Below are positions 9,365-19,917 of a stretch of DNA of 64,000 nt, piece by piece. Within the stretch, counting starts at the first letter, position 1; each line of letters begins with the position of its first letter. The translations under genes were made by a program, and so were the position numbers. This stretch comes from Patescibacteria group bacterium (GTDB lineage Bacteria; Patescibacteriota; WWE3; UBA101185; UBA10185), in assembly GCA_026004595.1 (NCBI GenBank), contig BPJL01000008.1, positions 13,383 to 77,382 of the forward strand. The letters are read 5' to 3'. The notes under the pieces were generated by a model, which saw only the letters and a list, made by a program, of their open reading frames with translations, was not told the DNA's origin and did no database searches.

Positions 9365-10442
9365 ACAGTGATACAATAAAGCCAACAAACATCAAACGAC
9401 TTTTTGTTATCAGTAACGCCAGAAAGAAAAATAGTAACACAGAAAATGATATAATAACCGAACTGTATTTTCTTTTCTTTATCACAACAACTTCAGTGTT
9501 TTTGTTATCAAACTGACTTAGTAGCGTCTCAGTAGTGTTTTTCCACGTTCTCACTATGTCTCTCACCTGTTCATAGACATAGTTTGCTTCAGTCCTTCTT
9601 CTTATTATTGACTGTGAGACTGATTCTTTCTTGTCTTCAACAACTCTCATTTGATTATCTATTTTTTCTACCTTTTCCCTTACTTCATTTAACTCCTTTA
9701 TTCTTTGGTCATGTAGTTTACTAAGCTGTTCCATGTTAAATAGATCAAATGATCTACGAACGTATGAGCCGTTCACGATTATATCTCTAGTTAATTCAAT
9801 CATTTCATTGTCGATCTCTTTTATCACTTTGTCAATGCCGTTCACTGAGACCTTATAGTCCTCTTTTCTCTTCTGTAGGTCCTTTAACTGTTTAACCGTT
9901 TGTTCAATCACTGTTTCAGACACTCCCTCTTCACGCAAATATTTTCTTATCATTTCCTCTAGTAACAGTTTACCCTTAAGAATTTCATTGTAAAGCTTTT
10001 CATTTAAAAGAACGAAAAGCCTGAACTCGTTAACTAGATCTGGAAATGTGACTTTGACCGGTTTGCTAACAGAAGTTAACTTAAACTCAGTGTCATCAAC
10101 AAAAAGCCCGATTGCTCTATCAGGACCATTTTCAGTGATAAAAGCTGCTTCTGGTGCTACAGTAGACTTAAAAAGTTCTGATAAAGATGCTCCTATCACA
10201 AGGTTAGCCAGTTTATCACTATAAATCATTGTTTTGCCGTCTACCAGCAATGAAACAAGTTCCGCTTTCTTTCCCAACAGCTCTTTCTTAAAAAGATGAC
10301 TAAAGTTGTCTTTGATTAGTTTATAGACAACATTTACTGCCTCTTTTTTCGTCTTTATCAAAAAGACTCCTTCGATCTGTTCATCTAAATTGGCTGTTAC
10401 CGTTACTGATGGAGGGTTAATCTCTTCAAGTAAAATTCTCAT
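9336..10442 (-). CDS. Coiled-coil protein with a C-terminal transmembrane anchor (tail-anchored), function unknown.
   Basis: The 368-aa protein has a long K/E-rich heptad region followed by a hydrophobic tail. Its start overlaps the upstream stop as ATGA. Confidence 0.45.
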   Translation of the reverse strand: MRILLEEINPPSVTVTANLDEQIEGVFLIKTKKEAVNVVYKLIKDNFSHLFKKELLGKKAELVSLLVDGKTMIYSDKLANLVIGASLSELFKSTVAPEAAFITENGPDRAIGLFVDDTEFKLTSVSKPVKVTFPDLVNEFRLFVLLNEKLYNEILKGKLLLEEMIRKYLREEGVSETVIEQTVKQLKDLQKRKEDYKVSVNGIDKVIKEIDNEMIELTRDIIVNGSYVRRSFDLFNMEQLSKLHDQRIKELNEVREKVEKIDNQMRVVEDKKESVSQSIIRRRTEANYVYEQVRDIVRTWKNTTETLLSQFDNKNTEVVVIKKRKYSSVIISFSVLLFFFLALLITKSRLMFVGFIVSLFIAAVVVID

Positions 10443-11068
10443 TTTAAAAGAGTTAAAATTATATTATTGTATTCATCATTTAGTGAAAGAGCATAGTCAT
10501 CAGTTTCAACTAGTCTATTCTTAATCTCTTCCATTGTTTTGGCACCTGTGATTCTGTATCTTGTCGATATTTTGGCGTCAGTTTGAGAAAGGTATCCCGA
10601 GGAAACAATGTTTATATAGTTATCAACTGGTATTGGGCTGTCTACTTCAATATGAAGATAGACAAAAGAGTTGTTAAAAGTGTCAATAAGGTCACTTATG
10701 GAGTTGTTGATTGACTTTCCATTGAAAAAGGCATCAGCTATTAAGCAGAAAACTTTTGCCAACACCTTGGCTGCGGTGTCATAGTTAACAACACTCTGTG
10801 GTCCGTCGGTGACATTGTACGCCAAAATGGGACTGAGACAGACCGTTAACACAGTTGTATCCTGTTTCAAGTCTTTGTCAGCGAGGAGAAAGCGTATTGA
10901 TTCGTTTACCTCGAAACAGTTGTATGGTAAACCCGTATCATGTGATCTGATATACCTTTTTCGAGCAACGCTGTCGTGTGGGTCTTCTGCAATCCACATA
11001 ACATCCTTTCTGTTTAGGATCTCGTTTACAACTATACTAGCTTCCGGGCCATTAGAAACAATTAACAT
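10439..11068 (-). CDS. Hypothetical protein.
   Basis: A 209-aa ATG ORF with start context TATTTTAAATG. No recognisable motifs. Confidence 0.4.
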   Translation of the reverse strand: MLIVSNGPEASIVVNEILNRKDVMWIAEDPHDSVARKRYIRSHDTGLPYNCFEVNESIRFLLADKDLKQDTTVLTVCLSPILAYNVTDGPQSVVNYDTAAKVLAKVFCLIADAFFNGKSINNSISDLIDTFNNSFVYLHIEVDSPIPVDNYINIVSSGYLSQTDAKISTRYRITGAKTMEEIKNRLVETDDYALSLNDEYNNIILTLLK

Positions 11069-11107
11069 TTAAAATATACAATATATTTTTGTGTTACTTT
11101 ACAAATT

Positions 11108-11926
11108 ATGTTAAAAACAGATCTTAAGTTTCATAGAGAGAGTAGTAAAAACATTGTCTATGTTGACTTCACAAATGAGATACACAAAAACTTTAAACTG
11201 GAATCCAAGTCTTCCTTCCCCTTGGTGTACGCCATACCAAAAGGATCCAATGTTAAACCAAAAAAACTTAACGGGGTTGATAAGGCTGTTGTTATAGCCA
11301 ATGACAAATTTAATCTTGAATTAGTTCCATATGATAATATCGAACTACACCTGATACTAAAACCGTTCGCAAAAAACATTGTTAAATATGATAACAGTGA
11401 TAAAAGGGTAAAACGTGTATTCATTTACAATACTGAAATGCTATCAAACGTTTACAAAGAACTATTTAACACCTCTGAGGTTCACTATGAAATGGCTATC
11501 GCTTTGATTTCTGACATGATAATCATGGTTTCAACTGCTCCGGTAGACGATCTAACTGAGAAAACATTAAAAACATTAAAAACCTTTTACCCTGTTATAA
11601 TGGACCCAGATACCGTTGAAAATCAAGAGCTCTATTCCATTGTGAATAGTAACTCTGTTCCAAAAACACTGCTAAATAACTCGTCTCTAGTGCTTCGAAG
11701 TAGATTTAATGGTTATGAGGATAAGTGTGTAGTGCTCAAGGTTGAGCCTGGTGACAACCGAGCCGAAGGCGACGGTGACAACCGAGCTGATGGCGACGGT
11801 GACAACCGAGCCAAAGGCGACGGTGACAACCGAGCCAAAGGCGACGGTGACAACCGAGCCGAAGGCGACGGTGACAACCGAGCTGATGGCGACGCCAAAG
11901 GCGACGCCGAAGGCGAAGCCGATTAG
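11108..11926 (+). CDS. Hypothetical protein with a C-terminal GDGDNRA[EKD] nonapeptide repeat.
   Basis: A 272-aa protein whose C-terminus is encoded by a 27-nt tandem repeat. Confidence 0.5.
   Translation: MLKTDLKFHRESSKNIVYVDFTNEIHKNFKLESKSSFPLVYAIPKGSNVKPKKLNGVDKAVVIANDKFNLELVPYDNIELHLILKPFAKNIVKYDNSDKRVKRVFIYNTEMLSNVYKELFNTSEVHYEMAIALISDMIIMVSTAPVDDLTEKTLKTLKTFYPVIMDPDTVENQELYSIVNSNSVPKTLLNNSSLVLRSRFNGYEDKCVVLKVEPGDNRAEGDGDNRADGDGDNRAKGDGDNRAKGDGDNRAEGDGDNRADGDAKGDAEGEAD
11745..11920. repeat. Tandem repeat with a 27-nt period, about 6.5 copies, ggtgacaaccgagc[ct][gag]a[agt]ggcgacggt.
   Basis: The tandem copies are directly visible. They create spurious ORFs in several frames. Confidence 0.75.
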
Positions 11927-12753
11927 TTACCAAACATTCCTTCTGTATCAACCTTTTTAAGATCCCATTTTTCTTGTATCTTTTTCTTCCAGGGATAATT
12001 TGTTCCAGAGAACATAAATCTGGCCTCCCTAAGTGCTTCGGGTTTCCAGTTACTGATATCTCTGGCGAACTCTGAATCCTCAAACATATGATTCATATTT
12101 TTTACTTTTGATACATCCCAGGGTGAAATATCACCATTGAACACGGCCTTAAAGAACATGTACTCCATGTTTTCAACATTGCTTACATCCCAGCGTTTTA
12201 TATCACCGTCAAAAGCGGATTCAGAGAACATGTAACTCATGTCCTTCACTTTAGATGTTTTCCATTTGCAGATGTTTCCGTCGAAGATTGATCTACAGAA
12301 CATATGACTCATATTTTCAACGTTTGAAACATTCCAGTAGTAAAGACGTTTAGTAAACACTGAACCCATGAACATACCTTTCATGTTTTTCACGTTTGAA
12401 ACATTCCAATGTGAGATGTCTCCATTAAACTTTGACTCAAAGAACATATAGCTCATATCCTCCACGTTTGACACATCCCACTGTGATATATCACCATTAA
12501 ATGTTGATTTCTCAAACATGTGACTCATATCTTTCACGTTCGATACGTTCCAACAACCAAGAATGATATTTTTGATATTACTGCCCTTGAACATTGATCT
12601 CATTGACTTTGCTTTGGAAACGTCCCATTTTGAAAGGTCGAGAGTTGAACTGCACTTTGCTCCCTCAAACATGCTATCAAAGTTCTCGAAGTTAGAAACG
12701 TCGAGATTTACTACTTTCTCTTTGATAAGATCTAGGTTTTCTCCCTTAAACAT
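11923..12753 (-). CDS. DUF285-type tandem-repeat protein.
   Basis: It carries DIS.W.VSNV..MS.MF repeats throughout. Confidence 0.7.
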   Translation of the reverse strand: MFKGENLDLIKEKVVNLDVSNFENFDSMFEGAKCSSTLDLSKWDVSKAKSMRSMFKGSNIKNIILGCWNVSNVKDMSHMFEKSTFNGDISQWDVSNVEDMSYMFFESKFNGDISHWNVSNVKNMKGMFMGSVFTKRLYYWNVSNVENMSHMFCRSIFDGNICKWKTSKVKDMSYMFSESAFDGDIKRWDVSNVENMEYMFFKAVFNGDISPWDVSKVKNMNHMFEDSEFARDISNWKPEALREARFMFSGTNYPWKKKIQEKWDLKKVDTEGMFGN

Positions 12754-12781
12754 TTTATATTTAGATTAAAATTATTACACT

Positions 12782-13660
12782 TCAAAAAATTGTATATCTG
12801 ACTAATATATACTTGATAAACGAGGTAACATCATCGTTCTCTTCAAGATAGAATCTTAACTGTTTATCACCTCTGATTACTGTGAAAAAAGTGTCAGCCG
12901 GTTTTCTTAACACTATTTCGTTGCCCATTTCTCCTATTATTGTGTTAGGTCTGATACCTGATCCAATGTCTCTCTCACATATAATGTCAATAAAGCAGTT
13001 GCTTCCTTTAGGCGGAACAAAGCGTCTATTTGGAATAAAAACAGTATTTTCTCCGTTAAACATTGGTTTGTATTTGATCTCTATGCTCGAATCAAAATTG
13101 TAAACAGACCTCTTTTGAAGTCTACTCAAAAGCTGTTCCAAATCATAGTCACCTTCCTCTGCCTCAAACGTAACAGTGATACACTCTGATAAAAAAGAGC
13201 TCTCAAACAGCTTACCCAACTCGTAAGTAAATGTTATGTACTTTGAATACTTTGTGCAAAGCCTTTCTAAGTTCGGCTCAGGGTCTCCTCCCACCTCAAC
13301 ACACTCGAGAAAACCCTCTGCGCGCTTAAGCCAGTAAACCTTTAGATCAAGTTCTGAGTCAAGTTCCATAAACTTTTCTGAGAAGTGTGCTAAGTAGTTC
13401 ACGTGACCTGTTCTCCTTGAACGAAAACAAACACCACCCATCGGCTTGAAAAAACCACAGTGACTTTTCTTTGATGGAATAGGGTCCTCGCATCTTTTTT
13501 TGATAACAACACGCTTTAACCCAAAGATTAAAGCCGGGTCAACTTTCTCCACTTTTAGCGGCCAAGAGACTTTAAGCTCATGCCCAACAATGTTAACAAC
13601 TGGTTCATTTAAGCTACTGTCAGTAAATATAGTTTTAGCATCAAAGGTGGCCGTTATCAT
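12782..13660 (-). CDS. Hypothetical protein.
   Basis: A 292-aa ATG ORF with no recognisable motifs. Confidence 0.45.
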   Translation of the reverse strand: MITATFDAKTIFTDSSLNEPVVNIVGHELKVSWPLKVEKVDPALIFGLKRVVIKKRCEDPIPSKKSHCGFFKPMGGVCFRSRRTGHVNYLAHFSEKFMELDSELDLKVYWLKRAEGFLECVEVGGDPEPNLERLCTKYSKYITFTYELGKLFESSFLSECITVTFEAEEGDYDLEQLLSRLQKRSVYNFDSSIEIKYKPMFNGENTVFIPNRRFVPPKGSNCFIDIICERDIGSGIRPNTIIGEMGNEIVLRKPADTFFTVIRGDKQLRFYLEENDDVTSFIKYILVRYTIF

Positions 13661-13685
13661 TTTACTATGAACATAATGTTTTTCT

Positions 13686-14369
13686 CTACCATTCTATCTG
13701 ATTTTCACCCAAAAGCTGATTGATTGTCTTAAAGTGGTTGTTTCCGAAAAAACCCCTGTGAGCAGACAACCCTGACGGGTGAGCCGATATCAGTTTAATA
13801 GTGCTATCGTTTAAAAAGTCGATTAGCCTTTTAGACTCTCTTCCCCAGAAAACAAAAATGCATTTAGGGTTTACTTCTTCTATCTCTTTAATAACTTTTT
13901 TGATAAAGGGTAACCATAAGTAGTACTTTGAATGACTCCCAGGTGAATCAACATCACACGTCAAACAGGCATTAAGAAGGAGAACACCCTGTTTTGCCCA
14001 GTGAGTTAAATCACCCCCTCTCTTTGCTTCCCAGCCAGGGTACTCATTTTTAATCTCCTTAAAGATGTTTAATAGAGAAGATGGAATAGTATCGTCCTCA
14101 CGAACACTAAACGCTAAACCCTGAGCCCTTGAAGTGTTATCGCTCAGAATCGACGGGTATGGGTCCTGTCCAACGATAACAACTCTAACCTTTTCGAGGG
14201 GAGTAAGCTCAAACGCCCTAAAGAGCAGTTCCTTATCAGGTACTATTCTCGTTTTCCTTTCGTCTAACTTTGATGCTATAAACTCAAGTTCATCACGTGC
14301 TTTCTCAAACACTGGTTTCCAGCTTCCAACCTTTTCGATGAGTTCAGGTAAACAGTCTTTGAATGACAT
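13686..14369 (-). CDS. UNG: Uracil-DNA glycosylase, family 1 (UNG).
   Basis: VVIVGQDPYP is the water-activating loop. ISAHPSGLSAHRGFFG matches the HPSPLSxxRGFFG motif of UNG. Confidence 0.88.
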   Translation of the reverse strand: MSFKDCLPELIEKVGSWKPVFEKARDELEFIASKLDERKTRIVPDKELLFRAFELTPLEKVRVVIVGQDPYPSILSDNTSRAQGLAFSVREDDTIPSSLLNIFKEIKNEYPGWEAKRGGDLTHWAKQGVLLLNACLTCDVDSPGSHSKYYLWLPFIKKVIKEIEEVNPKCIFVFWGRESKRLIDFLNDSTIKLISAHPSGLSAHRGFFGNNHFKTINQLLGENQIEW

Positions 14370-14410
14370 AATTTAAATATAGTTAAATCTGTTTTATTAA
14401 ATCAGTTTAA

Positions 14411-14674
14411 ATGAATCTTGAACTGTCTTTGATTGTTTACTTTCTGGTGCTAACGATAACGTTTGTTGTCCTAAGACATAAACGATTTAAACTTCTATCC
14501 TCAACTGTTCTTTCGCTTATCATTTCACAGCTGGTTCTAAACGTATTAAACTCTCCCTTAGATCACGATGGAGAAATAAACTCATCAATTGCAACATATT
14601 ATACCATCCAAGCGGTGTCAGTGATAATTTATTTTTCTTCTTTAATCTATTATACTTTTAGAGACACTTACTGA
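14411..14674 (+). CDS. Small membrane protein.
   Basis: An 87-aa protein with two hydrophobic segments. Confidence 0.3.
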   Translation: MNLELSLIVYFLVLTITFVVLRHKRFKLLSSTVLSLIISQLVLNVLNSPLDHDGEINSSIATYYTIQAVSVIIYFSSLIYYTFRDTY

Positions 14675-14703
14675 AACATAATTGTAAATTTTATGCTACT
14701 AAA

Positions 14704-15234
14704 ATGATCTACCTTGGAAAGAAAGGTTTCACTTACAAAGAAGAACCAGGTGCTATGAAAATCGAAATCGTCAACGACTTTATCAAGGTGAATGATAGAG
14801 TTATTCCCTACGAAAGGCCTCTCCCGAAGGATGACTTTGATAAGGAAGGTTTCACGAAGGACATAGGCATAAGTGACTATCAAGAGGCCTTTAAGTGGGG
14901 TTCAGTTGCCTACACAGTGGCTATCAGCATCTTTTGTCTACCAGTAAACGGTAGTATATATGACACGGATAGTCTTATCAGGTATGATATTTTCTTTCAG
15001 TCAACATTTTTAGCAGTTGAGTGCATCTTTGATGAAAAACCAAACATATACAAATGGTTGATTAAGTTGGCAGTTAGTTTCACGACTCACCTTTTAGCAA
15101 AGAGGTTTCGTGATAATCACAGCAAGCTTGAAAAGCATCTGTCAAAGTATTATCAGGAGGATTTAAACGATATAAAGTTCCTTTTAACAAAAAGAACAAA
15201 CAGTCTTTTAAAAGATTATATTGCAAATGTCTAA
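14704..15234 (+). CDS. Hypothetical protein.
   Basis: A 176-aa ORF with start context ACTAAAATG. Confidence 0.4.
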   Translation: MIYLGKKGFTYKEEPGAMKIEIVNDFIKVNDRVIPYERPLPKDDFDKEGFTKDIGISDYQEAFKWGSVAYTVAISIFCLPVNGSIYDTDSLIRYDIFFQSTFLAVECIFDEKPNIYKWLIKLAVSFTTHLLAKRFRDNHSKLEKHLSKYYQEDLNDIKFLLTKRTNSLLKDYIANV

Positions 15235-15552
15235 ATGGCTGTGCTACTGCTTTTTATTATCATTGTGATAATGTCTATCTTTTTAGTGTACCTTATATAC
15301 AAAAATGTTAAAATGATAAATCCAGAAGAGTGTCCCAGTATAAAGGGAAGATTCGCTCTAATACCTAATGCCGCTTACAAAACAGTCCTTGATAATCAGA
15401 GGGTTGACTCTATAGTTGAAGCACTTGATTTCTGCGAAAAGAAACTGTGTGATGCATTTGTTATAGCTGATGACACAGTTTATATAGTCGACACCAATTC
15501 GACCTTTTTGAACAGTGAGGGTTCAGCGCTTTTCGTAAAGCAAACAAATTGA
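15235..15552 (+). CDS. Hypothetical protein with an N-terminal transmembrane helix.
   Basis: A 105-aa protein with a hydrophobic N-terminus. Confidence 0.35.
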   Translation: MAVLLLFIIIVIMSIFLVYLIYKNVKMINPEECPSIKGRFALIPNAAYKTVLDNQRVDSIVEALDFCEKKLCDAFVIADDTVYIVDTNSTFLNSEGSALFVKQTN

Positions 15553-15575
15553 ACAGTAAATATACGTACGTTTAA

Positions 15576-18500
15576 ATGCAAATGGAGAGACAGCTCACCA
15601 GAGAAAAGAACCTCTACAGTTGTGAACGCTTTATAGACCTGACTTTCGGTAAACTTACTCCACCCAAACTTAACATCAGAAAAGAGGAGTCTGTTCTGAT
15701 GCGATTCATAGACATACACGGATTCTCAAAGGGTTTAATAGACATCTATGATCACTGGATAGATAATATACTTCCTAAAAGAATCTGTAAAGAGGTGTAC
15801 ATTGAACCAAACGGGGTAAAAAGGTACTTCAGAAATGTTAGGTTTAAAACTCCAGAAAAAACTCCCTACGACTGTCAACTCTATGGCTACAGCTATCTTG
15901 GAAAGTTGATAGCTGATATCTACTCGCGTGATGATGAAGAAGAAACCATCTTTAAAAAGGACTTTCTAATAGCTGAGTTACCAGTAATGCTAGGATCAAA
16001 GTACAGTCACCTGTATGACCTTACAGACGAGGAGAAAATAAAACTTAAAGAATGTCCAAACGATCCGTTTGGCTACTTTATAATAGCCGGTACAGCAAGA
16101 GTGATAAACATTCAGGAGGGGTTAAGGCTGTTAGTTAGTCACACGTTCGTAAGCATGGGTGAACTGGAAACAAGAATGACCTGTCCCACGTACAAGGGTA
16201 CCACAGTCACACGCATCACAGTGAGTAAACAGCTTACCTCCCTCAGAGTAGAACTTCGAAAGTTAAATCACCCTGAAAGCTACCCACTTGTTCACATATA
16301 CATCTACTTGGTTAACGAAACTTTGCCAGAGAAAATTACCAAAGACAGAATCAGGCTTTACGGGGAAGAGTTTTTCGAAAAGTACATTAAACTTTTTTGT
16401 AAAGAAGAAGAGTTACCGTTGATTTCCAACATGTTTAGAATAACCATAACGGATGCTAAAATAGAACCACTGAATATCAAAAGGGGAGAGCATGACTACA
16501 TAAAATTCAGAAGAAAAATAATAGAAGATCTCTATAGCCATATACCAGAAGAATATAAGCTTTACACGCTTGCTTACTGTGCCGTGAAAACAATTAGGTA
16601 TCAGCTCGGTTTAAGGCCTCAAGACCAGAGAGACTCGTGGGGAAACAAAAGACTTGATACAGCAGGGAAAAGCATGGAGAAACTTTTCAACGCCGTTTTT
16701 CATGACGTTTTTGAAAAGATGCTTTCAGTGAGTGAAAAGGTTACAGTGAATGATGAAAACAGAATAACCAATCTGTTTATTAACAGCTTTCAACCAAACA
16801 ACTGGGGTTACAAAGGCGGCAAGGAGAACATCTCTGACTTTCTAAAAAGGGAAAATCCCATTTCAGTCTACTCTCAGATAAGAAGGGTAAACACTCCGAT
16901 ATCACGTCAGTCAAAACAGGACCAGTTAAGAATGCTACAGCCATCACAGATCGGCTACATCTGTGTTTCAGAAACACCTGAGGGAAAGAACCTTGGACTG
17001 CTAAAGTACCTTGCGATATCCTGTATCATTTCATCTGAAAGAGAAGAAGACTCTGTTATCGAGCTCCTTAGAAGAGAAGGTGTGTCAGAAAAGCCCCCAG
17101 GGTTACCAATAGCCATAAACGGTGTTTTTCGTTTTTGGGGGTCACGTGAAACTGTAGAAGACAAAGACATCTTTGGTAGAAACCTTTATCACATTGAGAA
17201 ACTGTTGAAAGAGGAAAAAAGGGCAGGCTCCTTACCAAGGGACTCCTGTGTGTTCTATAATCACCTGGATGATATTTTAGAGTACTACTGTGATTCATCA
17301 AGACCGATGAGACCCCTGTTAGTTGTTAAAAACAACAGACTGTTGATAGACGAAGAAGACGCGTGGGACATGCCAATAGAGGAACTAAAGGCAAAGGGAA
17401 TAATAGAACTAGTTGATGCGAGAGAACAGGAGTTTATCATGCTTGCTTCAGAACCGGAAAAGGTAAGAGAAAGAGAAAGGCAAAAAGAAGTACTAAGAAA
17501 CGCCATAAACTTTGAAGACAAAGAGAACAGGGTTAAGGAGATCGTTAATTTTGTTTCAGAAAACAAGAGTAAGTACCTGAATAAAATTTTTATTGACACG
17601 GAGCTGGAAGAGGTTTTCTTCACCGAGCTTATAGCCTATAGTTTCTCAACACTTGCTAAAACGGGTAAAGTATCGTTAGAAGACTCAGTTAGAAACGCTA
17701 AAATCAGAGTTAAAAGCGAGTACCTAGAAAAGAGTGATCAAAAACAGAGCATAGAAATGAAGAAGACCAACGTACACGAAGAGGGTTTCGTTGACAAAAT
17801 AATGGAAGGTGTTAGAGAGCAGTTTAAACGAGAGCTTAATAAACTTGAGTCAAGCATCCCCTTTACTCACAGTGAGATATCTCCCACGGCAATATTTGGT
17901 GTAGCCGGGTCACTTCAACCAAGACCAAACTGCTCACAGGGACCAAGAGCGACTTACCAGGCTTCAATGTGTAAACAGGCACTCGGTATGTATCACTTTA
18001 ACAGACATTTGCGTTTCGATACCAGTTTTAAGATAATGGTTAACCCATCAAGACCAATTTTTGAGACGTCGACGGCTAGAATCAGTGGACTTAACTCTGC
18101 TCCAACAGGCACAATGGTTATCTGTGCCTTTCTGGCTCTTTTTGATAACAATGAAGACGCAATAATTGTTAACAAAGAAGTTATAGATAATGGCTACCTT
18201 GACATAATAAAGTATTCAACATACAAAATAGAAGTCGGTCCAGATGAAGTGATAAGAAAAACAAAAAACACAGAAAGGTTTAGTGCGATCGGTGAAGACG
18301 GTTTACCAAAGCTTGATCACTACGTGTACCCAGGTTACTGTTTGCTAAGCAAGTCAAAGAAAAGCGATGAAAAGGACACTTCGGTTTTCGCTGGTATAGA
18401 CAAATACGGTTACGTTGATAGAGTAATAGTTTACAGAGATGCTTCGGGTGTAGTTAATGTCAAAATCAAACTAAGACAGTTTGAGAAGTACAAGTCAGGT

Positions 18501-19295
18501 GATAAGCTCGCGTCAAGATACGCACAAAAGGGCACGGTGAGTAGAATCATTCACCCATCAGAATTACCAATGATTTATGGTGGACCTAACCACGGCATTA
18601 GACCACACTTTTTTCTTAACCCTCACTCAATACCATCAAGAATGTCGGTAAACAAGCTTCAGGAAATGCTGTTAAGCAAAGCAGCCCTTTACACCGGGGA
18701 AAGAGGAGATGGAACTTCCTTTGTCAAATTTGATCTTGACAAATGGAAGTCTATACTTGAAGAAAACGGGTTAAACGGTTATGGAAACGAAACTCTAATC
18801 TGGCCAAACGGAAAAAAGATAGAAAACGTGTTCGTCGCGCCCTGTTACTATCAGTGTCTTAAGCACCATTCCAAAGACAAGTTTCAAATGAGAGCAAGAG
18901 GTGCTATCATGCCAATAACACATCAACCAGTGGGAGGAAGATCAAGAGAAGGAGGGCTTAAACTCGGTGAGATGGAAAGAGACGGTCTTATTTCACACGG
19001 TGCTTCGGGATTAGTGTTGGAAAGGTTCATTCACGCCTCTGACGCATATAAAATAGCTATCTGCACAGTCTGTGGTAATATCGCAACCCCAGTGATGAAA
19101 CAGGGAAAAAGATTTTTTGAGTGTAGAATCTGTAAAGAAGAAGCCAGATTCGTTCATAGAACAATACCCTACGTGCTTAAAGTTGTAATACATCTACTTA
19201 ATGGAATGATGATAAACACACACTTTAAAGTTGAAGAGTTCCCTAAAGACGAATTAACAAAAAAGTACGAGAAATACTCACAAGCACTTTTATAA
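15576..19295 (+). CDS. RPB2: DNA-directed RNA polymerase second-largest subunit (RPB2).
   Basis: The 1239-aa protein contains GDKLASRYAQKGT and a C-terminal zinc ribbon, CTVCGNIA...CRICK. There is no intein. The start context is TTTAAATG. Confidence 0.9.
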   Translation: MQMERQLTREKNLYSCERFIDLTFGKLTPPKLNIRKEESVLMRFIDIHGFSKGLIDIYDHWIDNILPKRICKEVYIEPNGVKRYFRNVRFKTPEKTPYDCQLYGYSYLGKLIADIYSRDDEEETIFKKDFLIAELPVMLGSKYSHLYDLTDEEKIKLKECPNDPFGYFIIAGTARVINIQEGLRLLVSHTFVSMGELETRMTCPTYKGTTVTRITVSKQLTSLRVELRKLNHPESYPLVHIYIYLVNETLPEKITKDRIRLYGEEFFEKYIKLFCKEEELPLISNMFRITITDAKIEPLNIKRGEHDYIKFRRKIIEDLYSHIPEEYKLYTLAYCAVKTIRYQLGLRPQDQRDSWGNKRLDTAGKSMEKLFNAVFHDVFEKMLSVSEKVTVNDENRITNLFINSFQPNNWGYKGGKENISDFLKRENPISVYSQIRRVNTPISRQSKQDQLRMLQPSQIGYICVSETPEGKNLGLLKYLAISCIISSEREEDSVIELLRREGVSEKPPGLPIAINGVFRFWGSRETVEDKDIFGRNLYHIEKLLKEEKRAGSLPRDSCVFYNHLDDILEYYCDSSRPMRPLLVVKNNRLLIDEEDAWDMPIEELKAKGIIELVDAREQEFIMLASEPEKVRERERQKEVLRNAINFEDKENRVKEIVNFVSENKSKYLNKIFIDTELEEVFFTELIAYSFSTLAKTGKVSLEDSVRNAKIRVKSEYLEKSDQKQSIEMKKTNVHEEGFVDKIMEGVREQFKRELNKLESSIPFTHSEISPTAIFGVAGSLQPRPNCSQGPRATYQASMCKQALGMYHFNRHLRFDTSFKIMVNPSRPIFETSTARISGLNSAPTGTMVICAFLALFDNNEDAIIVNKEVIDNGYLDIIKYSTYKIEVGPDEVIRKTKNTERFSAIGEDGLPKLDHYVYPGYCLLSKSKKSDEKDTSVFAGIDKYGYVDRVIVYRDASGVVNVKIKLRQFEKYKSGDKLASRYAQKGTVSRIIHPSELPMIYGGPNHGIRPHFFLNPHSIPSRMSVNKLQEMLLSKAALYTGERGDGTSFVKFDLDKWKSILEENGLNGYGNETLIWPNGKKIENVFVAPCYYQCLKHHSKDKFQMRARGAIMPITHQPVGGRSREGGLKLGEMERDGLISHGASGLVLERFIHASDAYKIAICTVCGNIATPVMKQGKRFFECRICKEEARFVHRTIPYVLKVVIHLLNGMMINTHFKVEEFPKDELTKKYEKYSQALL

Positions 19296-19917
19296 ACCTT
19301 TGTTGGCCTAGATTCAACTAGCCACTCGGGCCAGTGAGAAAGATCACCTTCAAAATCCGAATTAGTGAACATGCCATTAAGGTTTTTTATACTTCTTAAA
19401 GACCATTCTGATATATCACCGTTAAACTTTGACCCAAAAAACATAGAACACATATATTTTACTTTTGACACGTCCCACTTTGAGATATCACCATTGAACT
19501 CCGAGAACTTAAACATGGCACTCATACATTAGATACATCCCATTGTGAAATATCACCGTTGAACTTTGATTCAGCAAACATATAACTCATGTCTCTTACG
19601 TTCGATACGTCCCATCGCGATATATCACCATCAAATGTTGAATAAGAGAACATGCCACTCATATCCATTACGTTTGATACGTTCCAGTTGGAAATATTTG
19701 GGCTTTTACCCTTTGCTTTACGAAACATGTTCTTCATCGACTTAACCTTTGAAACATCCCAACAGTTTAGGTCAACGTCTTCAACAAACGTCGCACCCTC
19801 GAACATCCCATCCATAATCTCAACCAGGGACGTGTCGAATCTGTTAATCAGCTCATTTGTTATTATACGGTTTTTAAAATAACCTGTGCTATCTTTTGGT
19901 AGTTTTATTTTGGGCAT
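19169..19917 (-). pseudogene. DUF285 repeat gene split by a frameshift near 19522 (track ORFs 19522..19962 and 19169..19525).
   Basis: The upstream ORF ends ...FNGDISQWDVSNV*. The downstream ORF begins MSAMFKFSEFNGDISKW in another frame, and the TGA overlaps the ATG. A few nucleotides (about 7 by my reading) seem missing relative to the expected NV..DMS.MF. The track start at 19962 is GTG; the family-conserved MPKIKLPKD start is the ATG at 19917. The 3' end overlaps the RPB2 3' end by about 127 nt. Confidence 0.5.

Noticed and set aside
11713-12083. ORFs 11713..11898 (-), 11736..12083 (-) and 11742..11960 (+) over the 27-nt repeat.
   Set aside because: They are alternative-frame readings of the GDGDNRA repeat. 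The ORF at 11736..12083 also runs antisense through the start of the DUF285 gene.
16780-17623. Four minus-strand ORFs (65-112 aa) inside RPB2.
   Set aside because: They are antisense to a highly conserved, motif-verified gene. No independent evidence supports them.
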